Origin: Malacoraja senta
Taxonomy: Eukaryota
Assembly (NCBI GenBank): GCA_038087875.1
Contig: CM075989.1
Coordinates: forward strand, 3,100,001-3,164,000
Reading direction: 5' to 3'
DNA: 64,000 bases
The notes beneath the pieces were generated by a model. The model had not been told where the DNA came from, did no database searches, and saw only the letters and a program-made list of their open reading frames with translations. Made by a program: the position numbers and the translations under genes. Positions 12,671-25,534 of the stretch are shown here, in pieces. Position 1 is the stretch's first letter, and each line of letters starts with the position of its first letter.

Positions 12671-13214
12671 GTTTAACCGCAATGCTGTCCAAAATAATCC
12701 ACATTTTCCCCATACACCGACTTATTTCCCCTGCACTTAAGTTATCAAACAACATCTCTCTGTAAAAAAAGACAAAGTGCTTTCAACGAGTCAGCCAGAA
12801 TCTCTAGAGAACAAGGATAGGCGACGTTTTGGGCCAACACCCTTCTTTACAATCAAACCCGAATCATCACCTATCCATGTTCCCCAGAGATGCTGTCTGA
12901 CCCGCTGAATTATTCTAGCACTTTGTAAACCAGCATCTGCATCTCCTTGTGTTCACATCCCTCAGTGTTGATCTCTCTTCACCCTTATAAAGATGGGACC
13001 CGACCCAAGACGTCACTTATCCATGTTCTCCAAAGAAGCTGCCTGACCCGCTAAATAACCTCAGTACATTGTGTCTTGTTTTCAATCTCTTTAAGCTGTT
13101 TGTATCTTCCTCACGATTTGATATCCCACCTATGGATTGTGCCACTCTTGAATCCGGTCACCATTCGCTTCCTCCTTCCAGATTGTTACTACACATTGTA
13201 CCTTCGCTCAGCCC

Positions 13215-13630
13215 GCCTTCTCCTTCCCATACAGACCTTTCTGTCCTCGGTCTCCTCCATTGTCAGAATGAGGCTAAACACAAATTGGAGGAACAGCATC
13301 TCATATTTCACTTGGGCTGCTTACACCCCAGTGGTATGAATATTGATTTCTCTAACTTCAAGTAGCCCCGGCATTCCCTCTCTCGCTATCCCTCCCCCAC
13401 CCAAGTCGCAACAGCTTCTCGTTTTCATCCAACACACAGATGTTTCCTTTATCATCGTCACTTTTTTGCATATCTTTCATTCATTGTCCTTTATCTCTCT
13501 ATATCTCTTGTTTCCCTTTCCCCAGACAAGTCTAAAGAAGAGTCTTGACCTTAAACATCACCCGTTCCTTCTCTCCAGAGATGCTGCCTGTCCCGCTGAG
13601 GTTACTCCAGCTTTTTGTGTCTATCTTCTT
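13215..13630 (+). mobile_element. Penelope GIY-YIG C-terminus plus pLTR fragment
   Basis: ORF 13069-13365: SPSHTDLSVLGLLHCQNEAKHKLEEQHLIFHLGCLHPSGMNIDF. Confidence 0.8.
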
Positions 13631-13884
13631 GTAAACAACGTGGTCCTAGCACTGATTCCTGTGGTACTCAATAGGCTACAAGTTGCTAAACAGTAAATTT
13701 ACCTCTTAATCCTACTTGCTGCCCCCTTTGGCCCATTTGTCAATCCTCTATCCAGATCAAAATATTACATCCAGTACAACGTGGTCATGTGAATTAACCT
13801 TAGTGAGGCTTCTTGGTGAATACAACACTTCTGAACATCCACTATGATACATCTACTAGTTACCTCTGGTCAAGACTTTAGACT

Positions 13885-14182
13885 TTAGACCTTAGAGATA
13901 CAGCGCAGAAACAGGCCCTTCGGCCCACTGAATCCACGCCTACCAGCAATCATCCTGTACACTAACACTATCCTACACACTAGGAGCAATATACAATATT
14001 TTACCAAAGCCAATTCACCTGCAAACCTGTACATCTTTGGAGTGTGGGAGGAAACCGGACCACCTGGAGAAAACCCATGGAGAACGTACAAACTCCGTAC
14101 AGACAGCACCCGCAGTCAGGATGGAACCCGGGTCTCTGCCACTGTAAGGCAGCAACTCTACCGCTGCACCACCATGCTGCCA
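13885..14182 (-). mobile_element. HE1-like V-SINE
   Basis: Reverse complement of the consensus seen at 31938-32259. Confidence 0.85.
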
Positions 14183-14221
14183 GACAAACATTATAACCAG
14201 GGCTCTATTTACAATGGGAGC

Positions 14222-14980
14222 CTCCTGCCCACCATAGCCATATGTTTTGGACTTTCCCTAAGCTAGCAGCCTTTTGGAGGAGTGCTTTCGAATTGACAAG
14301 CAGAGCTTACGACCAGACTATTCCTCCAAACCCAATGTCAGCTATTTTCGGTACCCCTCCCAACACCAACCTCTCTGTTGCGGTGAAACGGGTCCTAGCT
14401 TTTACAACCTTGTTAGCCCGGAGACTGATCTTGCTTACCTGGAGGCTCACCTGTCCCCCGACACATGCCCGTTGGATTAAGGAGGTGCTTTACAATTTGA
14501 AACTTGAAAAACTTAGGTTCTCTCTCAAAGGCTCTACCAAGACATTCCTAGATACATGGAACCCTTTCTTTGAACTGGTTAACTCTCTTAACATGTCCCC
14601 GGACTCGGAAGAGGACTGAGTGTTCTCCACCATTGTTTTGTTCTACAGCAGCTGCTTTCCCCTTAATCCCCCCCTCCCCACAATATTTATTTAATTTTTT
14701 TTTTTTTTTTTTTTTTTTTAATTTTTAATTTTTAATTTTTTTAATTTATATATAGCACATTTTGTTTCGTTTATTTTACCATTTGTGTGTGGACGTGTAC
14801 GTATGTGAGTGTTGTTTGTCCCCGTTTGGTTCTGACCTGACTTGGGTGGGTTGAAGGTGGGTAAGGGTAAGGGTTTTGAGGGTCGCTTACATACTGTTGT
14901 ACAATTATGCCTTGACTGTCACTGTTTGTTATTATAGTATGTATGCAAATTGCTGCGAAATTCAAATAAAAAGATTTAAA
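14222..14980 (+). mobile_element. 5'-truncated L1-clade LINE (ORF2 C-terminus, 3' UTR, AATAAA) with a 16-bp TSD
   Basis: ORF 14242-14619: (H)MFWT.PKL..FW...LLARRLILLTW...LKLEKL...F..TW.PF; TSD tatttacaatgggagc at 14206-14221 and 14981-14996. Confidence 0.9.
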
Positions 14981-15305
14981 TATTTACAATGGGAGCTACT
15001 TTTATGAACCCCTTGTAAACTGCATTGTAATCCTGTTCACACAGACTTCAAGCACTGAGTTGTCTTTCATGTACCTTGGCATCAATAGCAACAAAGGTTT
15101 TTGAGTTTCATGTAAATAAGCTGCAATCAATTTGCACCACAGATTCACCACTCGAGCATGTGCTCCCACGCGGGCAAATACCTTCTCCGTTCCCCTGTCA
15201 TTTATTTTCAAACAGATGTTTGTATTTCTCAATCTGTTCGAAGCATCATAAAGGTCTGTCAGCTTCCTGAGTGTCACTGTGAAGCCGAGCTAAAAGCAGA
15301 TGAAA

Positions 15306-15985
15306 TGTGCAGGAAGGAACTGCAGGTATTGGTTTAAATACAATATAGACACAAAAATGCTGGAGTAACTCAGCGGGTCAGACAGCATCTCTGGAGAGAA
15401 GGGATGGGTGGCGTTTCGGGTCGAGACCCTTCTTCAGACTGAGAGTCAGGGGAAAGGGAATCAAGAGATTTAGACGGTGATGTAGAGAGATGTAGAACAA
15501 ATGAATGAAAGATATGCAAACAAGTAAGAATGATAAGGGAAACATTGTTAGCTGTGGGCCAGGTGAGAGCGTGTACACACAATAACACTCAACAAAACGA
15601 CTGAAGCTGATATGCAAAAAAGTAACGATGATAAAAGGTTCTCTAACTTCAAATAACCTTTGCAACCCTCTCTCTCCATCCCTCCCTCACCCAGGTCGTG
15701 TACCAGCTTCCAAGTTGTCTTGTTGAGTCTCATTGTCTGTAAATAGTTTTCACCTAGACCACAGCTAACAATGGCCTGTTTCCTTGATCATCGTTACTAT
15801 TTTGCATATCCATCATTCATTTGTTCTATACAGTATCTCTCTATTTCACCGTCTGCATCTCACGATTCTCTTTCCCCTGACTCTCAGTCTGAAGAAGGGT
15901 CTCGACCCGAAACACCACCTATTCCTTTCCTCCAGAGATGCTGCCTGACCTTGCTGAGTTACTCCAGCTTTTTGTGTCTATCTAA
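15306..15985. mobile_element. Penelope-like 3' end with inverted pLTR arms
   Basis: Minus arm ~15306-15635 and plus arm ~15640-15985 are reverse complements; hammerhead-like motifs at ~15410 (-) and ~15888 (+). Confidence 0.8.
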
Positions 15986-16339
15986 AGGCAGATAAAGCTG
16001 CTCCACATGATGTCTCATTCTATCGCCCTGATGCAGTCAAGATGAAAAAAAAATGTTATGTGTGGAAAAGAACTGCAGATGCTGGTTTATACCGAAGATC
16101 AACACAAAGTGCTGGAGTAACTCAGCTGCTCAGGCAGCATCTCTGGAGAAAAATGGATGGGTAAGATTTTGGGGTCTGAAGAAGGGTCCTGAGACGAAAC
16201 GTCACCCATCCATTTTCCCCAGAGATGCTGTATGGCGTGCAGAGTTGCTCCAGCACTTTGTGTCGATCATCCGTTATTTTACACAGATTTGGTGAACTGC
16301 CCAGACCTGCAGCCAGCCATACAAAGCAACAAAAGCGTG

Positions 16340-16630
16340 GCATGGTGGTGCAGCGGTAGAGTTGCTGCCTCAGAGACCCAGGGTTCGATCCTGACTACGG
16401 GTGCTGTCTGTACGGAGTTTTTACCTTCACCCTATGTCTGGTTTGCTCTGTGTGCTCCGGTTTCCTCCCACACTCCAAAGATGCACAGGTTTATAGGGTA
16501 ATTGGCTTTGGGGAAATTGTAAGTCGTCCCTAGTGTGTAGGATAGCGCTAGTGGACGGGGTGATCTCTGGTCGGTGAAATTTCGGTGGGCTGAAGGGCCT
16601 GTTTCTGCACTGTATCTTTAAAGTCCACAG
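16340..16630 (+). mobile_element. HE1-like V-SINE
   Basis: A/B boxes, V-domain and CR1-type tail. Confidence 0.8.
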
Positions 16631-16715
16631 TCTGGTAAAGTGAAATAAAGTGAATTTAAACAGCGCCCTTCATGTGTTGGGGATGCCAAAAGACTTTGAT
16701 TTGGACAAAACACCA

Positions 16716-17345
16716 ATAGACAACAGACAATAGGTGCAGGAGGAGGCCATTCGGCCCTTTGAGCCAGCACCACCATTCACGTGATCACGGCTGATCATCC
16801 ACAATCAGTACCCCGTTCCTGCCTTCTCCCCACATCCCCTGACTCCGCTTTCTTTAAGAGCTCTATCCAACTTGTAAAACGTGAAGCGTATTAACCGCAG
16901 CACTGACCCTTGTGGAATTCCGCTCGTCACTGGCAGCCAACCAGTAAGAGCCCCCTTTATTGCCACTTTGACTTTTGCCATCCAGCCAACCTGTTCTTCA
17001 TGTCAGTATCTGCCCTATGATACCATGGGCTCTCATTCCCTAGCCGCCTCACGGGTGGCACCTTATCAAAGGCTTTCTGAAAATCTAGGTAAACAACATC
17101 AAGAGATTCTCCTTTGACTGTCCTACTATTTACTTCTTCAAATAATTCCAGCAGATTAATCAGGCAAGATCTCCCCTTCACAAAACCCTGCTGACTTTGG
17201 CCTATTTAATCATGAACGTCTAAGTACTCCACAACCTCATCCTTTATAATGGACTCCAAAATCTTGCCAACCACTAAAGTCAGATTAACCGGCCTCTTGT
17301 GCCCACTATTCTGGTTTGCTCCCTTCTTGTACAGCGGGGTAATGT
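16716..17345 (-). mobile_element. CR1 fragments (3' tail 16716-16870; RT N-terminal part 16875-17345)
   Basis: ORFs with GRSCLINLLELFEEV...DVVYLDFQKAFDKVP and ANITPLYKKG...RPVNLT. Confidence 0.85.
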
Positions 17346-17740
17346 TGGCATGGGCTGGTTCTGCAACTTGGATGCCCAGGAAACTACGGAGGGTGGTGAG
17401 CATTGTCCAATCCATCACAGGTGCTGACCAGCGACAGGATCTATCGGAGGTGCTGCCTCAATATCATCAATGACCAATACCACTCTGACCACAAAGTGTT
17501 TTCGCTGCCGCCATCAGGAAGAAGATACAGGTGCCTGAAAACTGTGACCACCAGATTCAAGAACAGCTTCTTCCCAGCAACCTGTTAAACACAGCACGAC
17601 ACTATCCTCAGCAACTATGATCTTCTGTGGACTGTGACTTTGGTTGCACGATGGGCTTCAGTGCCTGCACCACTATGGTTAGCTGGTATCACTATTATTA
17701 ATTGTATTTTATTTATGATTTCATGTTTACCCATGCGTTA
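17346..17740 (+). mobile_element. Rex1/Babar 3' fragment
   Basis: HKVFSLPPSGRRYRCLKTVTTRFKNSFFP. Confidence 0.75.
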
Positions 17741-17744
17741 TTAT

Positions 17745-18032
17745 TTCAGTTTAGCTTGGTTTAGAGATACAGAGCAGAAACAGGCCCTTCAGCCCACCGA
17801 GTCCACACCGACCAGCGATCCCCGCATATCCCACACACACCAATTAACCTATAAACCTGTATGTCTTTGGAGTGTGGGAGGAAACCAAAGTTCTCAGAGA
17901 AACCCCACACAGATCACGGGGAGAACGTACAAACTCCGCTCAGACAAGCACCCATAGTCGGGACCAAACCCGGGTCTCTGGCGCTGTAAGCGGTGTAAGG
18001 CAGCAACTCTACAGCTGCGCCACCGTGCCGCC
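17745..18032 (-). mobile_element. HE1-like V-SINE
   Basis: Reverse-complement head ctgcgccaccgtgccgccc and tail. Confidence 0.85.
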
Positions 18033-18559
18033 CTTGTGTTTACGTTATTTTGGCTTGACATTGTTATTGTTATTTGAGGCAACAGTGCTTTAATGTAACA
18101 TGTACCTAAGTACAGTGAAATGACTTTTTTGCATTCAGTTCAATGACAATCTTACTTTACATCAGACACAATCATACCAAGTATAAGAGTGTAAGATAGT
18201 GGACCACACTGAGTCTGTACACGCAAATCACCACGTTTCAGGCTCCATCTTCTACCCTTCGAGTTCGATTTTTTCCTTAAAGATAATGTTAGAGTCTTAA
18301 CTTGACCATAAAGGCCCATTGTCCTGGCGGCAGCACTGGGTCGGAGTTGAAGGGTCGGCCTGGCCTGGCGATGTGTCGATGTCCTCCACCGCTGCTCCGC
18401 TACTCTGTGCCGCTGCAGGCCACATCCGATCCCTGAGCTGGGCCACTCAGAGTGGCACCCGATCTAATGGAGCCCCAGGCTGCTGCAGGGCCTCCAGCGG
18501 CCCACTTCACTGAAGACCAGCAGTTAATGACTCTCATGTCAATTCCAAACGTCTTCAAA

Positions 18560-18950
18560 TATGTCTCATATTTCACTTGGGCAGCGGTATGAATATTGAC
18601 TTCTCTAACTTCAATTACCCCTTGCTTTCCCTCTCTCTCCATCCCTCCCCGTCCTAGTTTTGCGATCAGTCTGATTGTCCTCCTGATTAAAATTTGCATT
18701 GTCACCTTCCCCAACTAACAATCTATTCAACATTTTCCATGGTCTTCATCCCCTTCAATCTTTCGTTATCACACCTTATCCTTCCGTATCTCTTGTTTCC
18801 CTCTCCCCTGACTCTCAGTCTGAAGAAGGGTTTCTACCCGAAACGTCACCCATTCCTTCTCTCCAGAGATGCTGTCTGTCCCACTGAGTTACTCCAGCAT
18901 TTTGTTTCTATCTTCGGTGTAAACCGGCATCAGCAGTTCCTTCCTACACG
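18560..18950 (+). mobile_element. Penelope 3' end/pLTR with hammerhead motif
   Basis: ctgaagaagggtttctacccgaaacgtc at 18820; GIY-YIG terminal remnant atgaatattgacttctctaacttc. Confidence 0.8.
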
Positions 18951-19139
18951 TCTTCTCATTTCTGCCTTTATTTCCCAACACTGGAACTTTCTGATCTATT
19001 AATTTATTATATTATAGATTGGTTACCTGCATTTTCTGTGTGTAATTGCACTTATAGGCCTGTTAAACTGCTGCAAGTAAGAATTTAATTGTTCTATTGC
19101 TGGTATGGTCATGATATGACATGGGGTGGTATGACCATC

Positions 19140-19550
19140 AATGTTCAGGAAGGCTGGCTCCTTCCTGGTGGTCTTGGAGGGGAGGATGCTCCTCAAACTG
19201 CGGAGCATCTTGGACAATACAGCTCACCCCCTCCATCACACACTGGTCAACCTGAGGAGCACCTTCAGCAACAGACTGGTTCCACCAAGATGCAGCACAG
19301 AACGCCACAGGAGATCCTTCTTCCCAGTGGCTATCAAACTGTACAACTCCTCCCCCTTCTGTCGTGGGGTAGACTGAGACTGACTCCCCCATGCCCCCCC
19401 CCACCACCACTCAGTCCATTGCACATCCCCAATCCTTTCCACCTGTCTCTTTAATTTAGTGTTTCATGTACCTTGTGTGTTTATGACTGTTGGCAGATCA
19501 ATTTCCCTCCTGGGATAAATAAAGTTCAATCGGATCGGATCGGATCGTAT
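19140..19550 (+). mobile_element. Rex1/Babar LINE 3' end with (gatcg)n tail
   Basis: ORF 19141-19377: ILDNTAHPLH...RLVPPRCSTERHRRSFFPVAIKLYNSS; aataaagttcaatcggatcggatcg. Confidence 0.8.
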
Positions 19551-19569
19551 ATGCGGCAATCAAACACTC

Positions 19570-19858
19570 TTTAGTTTAGTTTAGTTCAGTTTAATTTGGT
19601 GATACGGCGTGGAAACAGGCCCTTCGGCCCACCGAGTCCATGCTGACCAGCAATCCCCGCACATTAACACTATCCTACACACACAGGGACAATTTACAAT
19701 TTTACCAAACCAATTGGCCTACAAACCTGAATGTCTTTGTCATGTGGGATGAAACCGAAGCTCCCAGAGAAAACCCACGCAGGTCACGAGGAGAACCTAC
19801 AAACTCCGTACAGAGAGCACCCGTAGTCAGGATCGGACTGGTGCTGTAATGCCACCGT
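19570..19858 (-). mobile_element. HE1-like V-SINE
   Basis: Matches the consensus in reverse. Confidence 0.85.
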
Positions 19859-20847
19859 TATCTCTTATCTCCCATCTTTATTGTTTATATCTCAGCAACA
19901 GATCACCATGGACCACCATTTCCACTAACATAGACTAGTTTTTCTAATTGAGTTCGCACCAACTAACTGTGTATGCACCTATATACACACACACACACAC
20001 AAGATAGACACAGAATACAGGAGCAACTCAGCAGGACAGACAGTATCTCTGAAGAGAGGAATGGTTGACATTTCTAGTCAAGACGTCTGAAGAAGGGTCT
20101 TGACCCGAAACATTCCTTCTCTCCAGAGATACTGCCTATCCTGCTGAGTTACTCCAGCTTTTTGTGTCTATCTTTGGGTCCAAATGCATCTCCCAAGGCT
20201 GTTATCAGTCTGATGCAATCTGGTGACTTTAATGGCTCCAGCCTGCATTGCCATTGTGTAATCACAGTTTACAACTCCTGGCAAGCGGCTTGTTAAGGCT
20301 CTACTGCCTTGGAGGGACCATCAGTCATTACCCTCATTACCCTGGTATCCCAGGGACGATGTTGGTCTTGTTAGTCCCACTGCGGCATCCTTAAATCAAA
20401 GGAGTGTTGAAAGTGTTCAGATGCAGTTGGCTCCTGACTGTCTGATTGCTGTGTATCAAAGGCACAGGCTTTAACCTTGAACTTGCTTGTCGAATAAAGC
20501 ATCAACCCCTTACGCGAAAGATAGTGAGAATCCTCCAGAGCATGAAAACAACACCCAATGTCTTTGAAGGATGTCCCTTTCATGGACGACAATGGGGAGA
20601 TTCAACACAGGACTAACAGATTGGTTTATGTCACTGTTAAACTCACAAACAGGAAAACCTGAAAGAAATGCTTACTATATTTCTGGCGCAATGACATTTT
20701 CAAGCCTCTGGCTCTTGGTTCTGCTACAGAGTTTGCGTACGTCTCCGTCATGCTGTGACTTATTGTTGAAGATGTGATTTTTCATGTGTGACCTCTGATG
20801 TGTTGTGGAGCAAAGAATTACTCACTGAGACTGATCTTGGGTAGAAC

Positions 20848-21870
20848 AGTCATAGAGTGATACAGCAGGGAAACAGGCCCTTCAGCCCAACTTGCCCACA
20901 CCGACCAACATGTCCCAGCTACACTAGTCCCACCTGCCTGTGTTTGGTCCATATCCCTCCAAACCTGTCCTATCCATGTACCTGTCTAACTGCCCTTCTA
21001 CGTTGGGATAGTCCCAGCCTCAACTACCTCCTCTGGCAGCTCATCCCGTACACCCACCACCCTTTGTGTGAAAAAGTTATCCCTCAGATTCCCATTAAAT
21101 CCTTTTTCCTTCACCTTAAATCTGGTCCTCGATTCCCCATCGCTGGGCAAGAGTCTCTGTGTATCTACCCGATCTATTCCTCTCATGATTTTATACACCT
21201 CTATAAGATCACCCCTCATCCTCCTGCGCTCCAAGGAATAGAGACCCAGCCTACTCAACCTCTCCCGGTACCTCAGACTCTCGAGTCCTGGCAACATCCT
21301 TGTACATCTTCTCTGTACCCTTTCCAGCTTGACAACATCTTTCCTCTAACATGGTGCCCTGATGAAGGTCAATGTGCCAAAAGCCTTTTTGAGCAGCCTA
21401 GCTACTTGCGACTTCACGTTCAAGGAACCATGCACCAGTACTCCTAGATCCCTCTGCTCTACAACACTCCCCAGAGGCCTACCATTCACTGTGTAGGTCC
21501 TGCCCTTGTTAGACTTCCCAAAATGCAACACCTCACACTTCTCTGTATTAAATTCCATCAACCATTCCTCAGCCCACCTGGCCAATCGATCAAGATCCTG
21601 CTGCGTTTTTTCACGACCATCTTCACTATCGGCAAAACCACCCACTTTCGTATCATCTGCAAACTTGCTAATCTTGCCGTGCACGTTATCATAATAATAA
21701 TTGATGTAGATGGCAAACAGTAACGGGCCCAGCACCAAACCCTGAGGCACACCACCAGCCACAGGCCTCCAGTCCGAGAAGCAACCTTCCTCCATCACCC
21801 TCTCCTTCCTTCCTTGAAGCCAATATTCTATCCATTCAGTTATCTCTCCTTGGATGACATGCGATCTAAA
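20848..21870 (-). mobile_element. CR1 (HER1-like) LINE, RT to 3' end
   Basis: ORFs 21346-21798 (GVPQGLVLGPLLF...SKFADDTK) and 20998-21297. Confidence 0.92.
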
Positions 21871-22329
21871 GATTTATTGGAGCAGTATTGCACCTGCAAG
21901 TGTTAGAGGGCCCATTCACCACGTGGGTTGTCTACCCAATTAACAGTCTGGTCGAGGCTATAGTCTTGTGATCAAGTACAATGATGTACAGGTACAGTAA
22001 AAAATCTTGTATGTAGCAACATCATAGACTCATTGACTCAGACAACATACAAAACATCAATTATACCTAACTTAGACATTATACAAGCCTGTGAAAAGAG
22101 AAGGAGTGTGCAAAAATATATATTGGTGGCCCCCACCTCTCTTTCACCGTGCTCCCCCCATTATGACCAGTCTGAAGGTTAAGATGCACGGCACTAACAG
22201 TGACAATGGATTCCAGGTTGGCTTACTGTTAGAAGACAGAGGGTTTTGGTGGAAGAACAATATTCAGACTGAAAGTCTGTGAGCAATAGATGAGGTGGGA
22301 GGAAGTGCTAAGTGAAATCAGGTCGGTTT

Positions 22330-22762
22330 AGGCGACCTCATCTACTGCAACTTCCAACCTCATCAACTGTATCCGCTGTTCCAAGTGTGGACTCCTGTTA
22401 TATCAATGAGACCAAGCGCAGACTCACCGATCATTTCGTTGAACAACTCCGCACAGTCTGCCTAAACCTACCTGATCTCCTGGTTGCTAAACACTTCAAC
22501 TCCCCCTCCCATTCCCACACTGACCTTTCTGTCCTGGGCCTCCTCCACTGTCAGAGTGAGGCCCAGTGTAAATTGGAGGAACAGCACCAGCTTACAACGC
22601 AGCTGTATGAATATGGACTTCGCTAACTTCAAGTGACCCTTGCCTTCCCTCTCTCTCCATCCCTCTCCATTCCTAGTTCTCCGACCAGTCTGACTCTTCC
22701 CCTCATTACATTTTATCTCTGTTTACTTTGTTGTCACCTTCTCCCAGCTAACAATGATCTAT
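22330..22762 (+). mobile_element. Penelope GIY-YIG endonuclease remnant
   Basis: ORF 22312-22626: YINETKRRLTDHFVEQLR...VAKHFNSPSHS...KLEEQH. Confidence 0.85.
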
Positions 22763-22764
22763 TA

Positions 22765-23135
22765 ACACAGAAAATAGGTGCAGGAGGAGGCCATTTGGCC
22801 CTTCAAGCCAGCACCACCATTCATTGTGATCATGGCTGATCATCCACAATCAGTAACCCGTGCCTGCCTTTTCCCCATATCCCTTGATTCCGCTAGCCCC
22901 TAGAGCTCTATCTAACTCTCTTTTAAATTCATCCAGTGAATTGCCCTCTACTGCCTTCTGCGGCAGGGAATTCCACAAATTCACAACTCTCTGGGTGAAA
23001 AAGATTTTTCTCATCTCAGTTTTAAATGACCTCCCCTTTATTCTTAGACTGAGGCCCCTGGTTCTGGACTCCCCCAACATTGGGACCATGTTTCCTGCAT
23101 CTAGTTTGTCCAGTCCTTTTATAAATTTATATGTT
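22765..23135 (-). mobile_element. CR1 3' end inserted in the Penelope remnant (Penelope resumes ~23140-23332)
   Basis: ORF 22850-23089: FFTQRVVNLWNSLPQ. Confidence 0.88.
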
Positions 23136-23395
23136 TATTATATTCTACATTTTCCTTGAGCCCCATCTGTTTTGGTCTCGTTTTCACACCTTACACATCC
23201 TTATCTCTGTTCCTCATTCTCCCCTGACTCAAAGTTTGAAGAAGGGTCTCGACCCGAAACATCATCCATTCCTTCTATCCAGAGATGCTGCCTGTCCCGC
23301 TGAGTTACTCCAGCATTTTGTGTCTATCTTCAGATGAGGTATCATGGATACGCAGATGGTTGGACAATAGCCAGAGATGAAAAGACAAAAGGAGA

Positions 23396-24362
23396 TAATA
23401 ATGAATAATAATTCATTTTATTTACTGCCGCCTTTCTAAAACCCAAGGACACCTTACAAGGCATAGAATCACAAAAATACAAAACGCATAATCGGAGTAA
23501 ATTAAATATAAAAACACCACAGTACACAAATCAAGGACAGAATTCAATTATAAAAGCACAAAAAGAAAATAAGAAACACAATTTGAGGAGAGAGCAGTGG
23601 CAGCTAAACCGCGCCAGCGTCCACTCTCCCCTCCGACCGCCATCTTGCACACAGACTAACAGGCACAGCACACAAAATCATCCCCCCACAATGACCACCA
23701 CTGTGGGGGAAGGCACAATGTCCAGTCCCCAACCCAGTTCTCCCCAGAGTCAGGCCCATCGAGGCCACCACAGTTGCCTCTACGGAGGCCCGATGTTCCC
23801 GGCCGTCGGGAGAGTCCTCGCAGCGGCTGGAACGGCCGGTTTCCCAGCGGAGTCGATGGCACCTGAAGCCGACAGGGCCGCGCCGATTTGGAGCCACGAG
23901 GCTCCCGATGTTAAAGTCGGCGCCGCCGCCCGCGGCTGGTCGCTCCGCAGACCCGCAGCCCGGAGGTGTTGGTGTCGGCGGTCACCGCATACCGGAGCTC
24001 CACCGCGTCGACCCAGCGTGGCGACCCAGGCAAGGCATCGCCCGCTCCGCTCCACAATAGCGCCCCAGCGCTGTGCCGCCGACCGAAGCTGAAGGTGCTG
24101 GGCGGCCCCCGTCAGGAAACGGCGCTCCATGCCCGCTGGTAGGCCACGAGGACGGGTCGACGAGGCAGCCTGGAGAAAAAGCTGCCTCACCGACCAGGTA
24201 GGGACCCAGAAATAGTTTCCCCCTTACCCCCCCCCCCACATTAAAAGTCAAAATCCCCCAAACAAACAGAGAAATAAAAATAGCTAAAACTAAAGAACAA
24301 GTGAATTTGACGGACGGCTGCTGTTTATTCTGTTTAGCAGCCGTTCCTCCAAGATGGCGGCT
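23396..24362 (-). mobile_element. GC-rich non-coding, non-autonomous retroelement-like sequence with an L2-type 3' tail
   Basis: Minus-strand tail tgtaaggtgtccttgggttttagaaaggcggcagtaaataaaatgaattattatt resembles L2 tails; CpG-rich body; no recognisable ORF. Confidence 0.5.
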
Positions 24363-24394
24363 CCTCCGAGGTTCAAATATGAAGCCAAAGCAAG

Positions 24395-24720
24395 GGTTGA
24401 GATTTAGCTTTATTATTGTCATGAGTACTACGGGAAGGTGAAAAGCATAATATCCATTCAAACCAGGTAATATTATACATAAATACAATCACATCAAACT
24501 CAACAACAATAAGTAGAGCAAAGGGGAAGATACAGAATATAGTTCTCAGCATCGTAGTGCTACAGTTCCAGAGACAAAGTTCAATGTCCATGGGATGGAG
24601 GTGAATCGGCCGGCACTCTAGCTTATGGAAGGACCGTTCAGAGGTCTGATAACAGAGGGGAAGAATCCGTGCTTTCAAGCTTCTGTATCTTCTGCCTGAT
24701 GGCAGCGGGGAGGAGAATGA
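24395..24720 (-). mobile_element. Rex1/Babar-type 3' tail fragment
   Basis: Reverse-complement tail ttattgtcat; remnant of the SFFP..IR.LN coding end. Confidence 0.6.
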
Positions 24721-25534
24721 ATGAGCCGATATAGGTGGAAGGGGATGGGGGAGGGGGTGGGGGCTAAAAGGTGGTGAGATGGTCGCTGAACTAGGTGCAT
24801 ATCCAGATGAGGCACAGGTGCAGTCACAGCAAGAGTGGACAAAAGCCTTTCACTGTACCTCGGTCCACGTGACAATAAGCTAAACTAGCAAAACGATATT
24901 CAGCCCCTCATGCCAGCTTCAACGTTCACTAACTTCATAGCAGCTGTTCTATCTCACCACCTCTTTCCTGCTCTAACCCCATATTCCTTGATCCTCTTGA
25001 ATTCTTCATTAGTTCATAAGTTCTTGGAGCAAAATTAGGCCATTTGGGCCACGGTCTACTCCGCCATTCAATCATGGCTGAGCTATCTCTTCCTCATAAC
25101 CCCATTCTCTTGCCTTCTCCCCATAACCCCTGACACCCGTACTAATCAAGAAACAGTCCATCTCTGCCTTAAAAATATCCCTTGACTTGGCCTCCACAGC
25201 CGGCTGTGGCAATGAATCTAAAATATTTGTCTTCTGTCCCGGCTGTACCCAATGAGTGAACTTGCATTTCTCTCATAGGTGGCAACTTTCAAAGATTAAT
25301 CAGCTTCTGGAGCAAGATGTCCTGGAGCAAGATTCATTCTTATGTCCTGAATCTGTGACAGTAAGAGTTTCATTGTTCCATTGTCCGTACAAATGACAAT
25401 TAACAATTCTTGACCCTTGACTCCTGGTTCCAGGGTAAACACCAATCCTGCGCTTTCCTCATTAACTCCCATAAGAATCTTGCACCATTCACCCCATCTC
25501 TACAGTCTTCATACCCAGTCTGCCTAATCTCTCA

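Noticed and set aside
20512..20752. Possible minus-strand exons (tttctttcag acceptor at ~20659; gtaag donors at ~20675 and ~20513)
   Set aside because: The translations resemble no protein I recognise, splice context is weak, and no partner exons were found; RNA-seq would be needed
23583..24488. Long overlapping ORFs (136-169 aa)
   Set aside because: GC-rich stop-poor sequence with no recognisable domain; treated as a non-coding repeat
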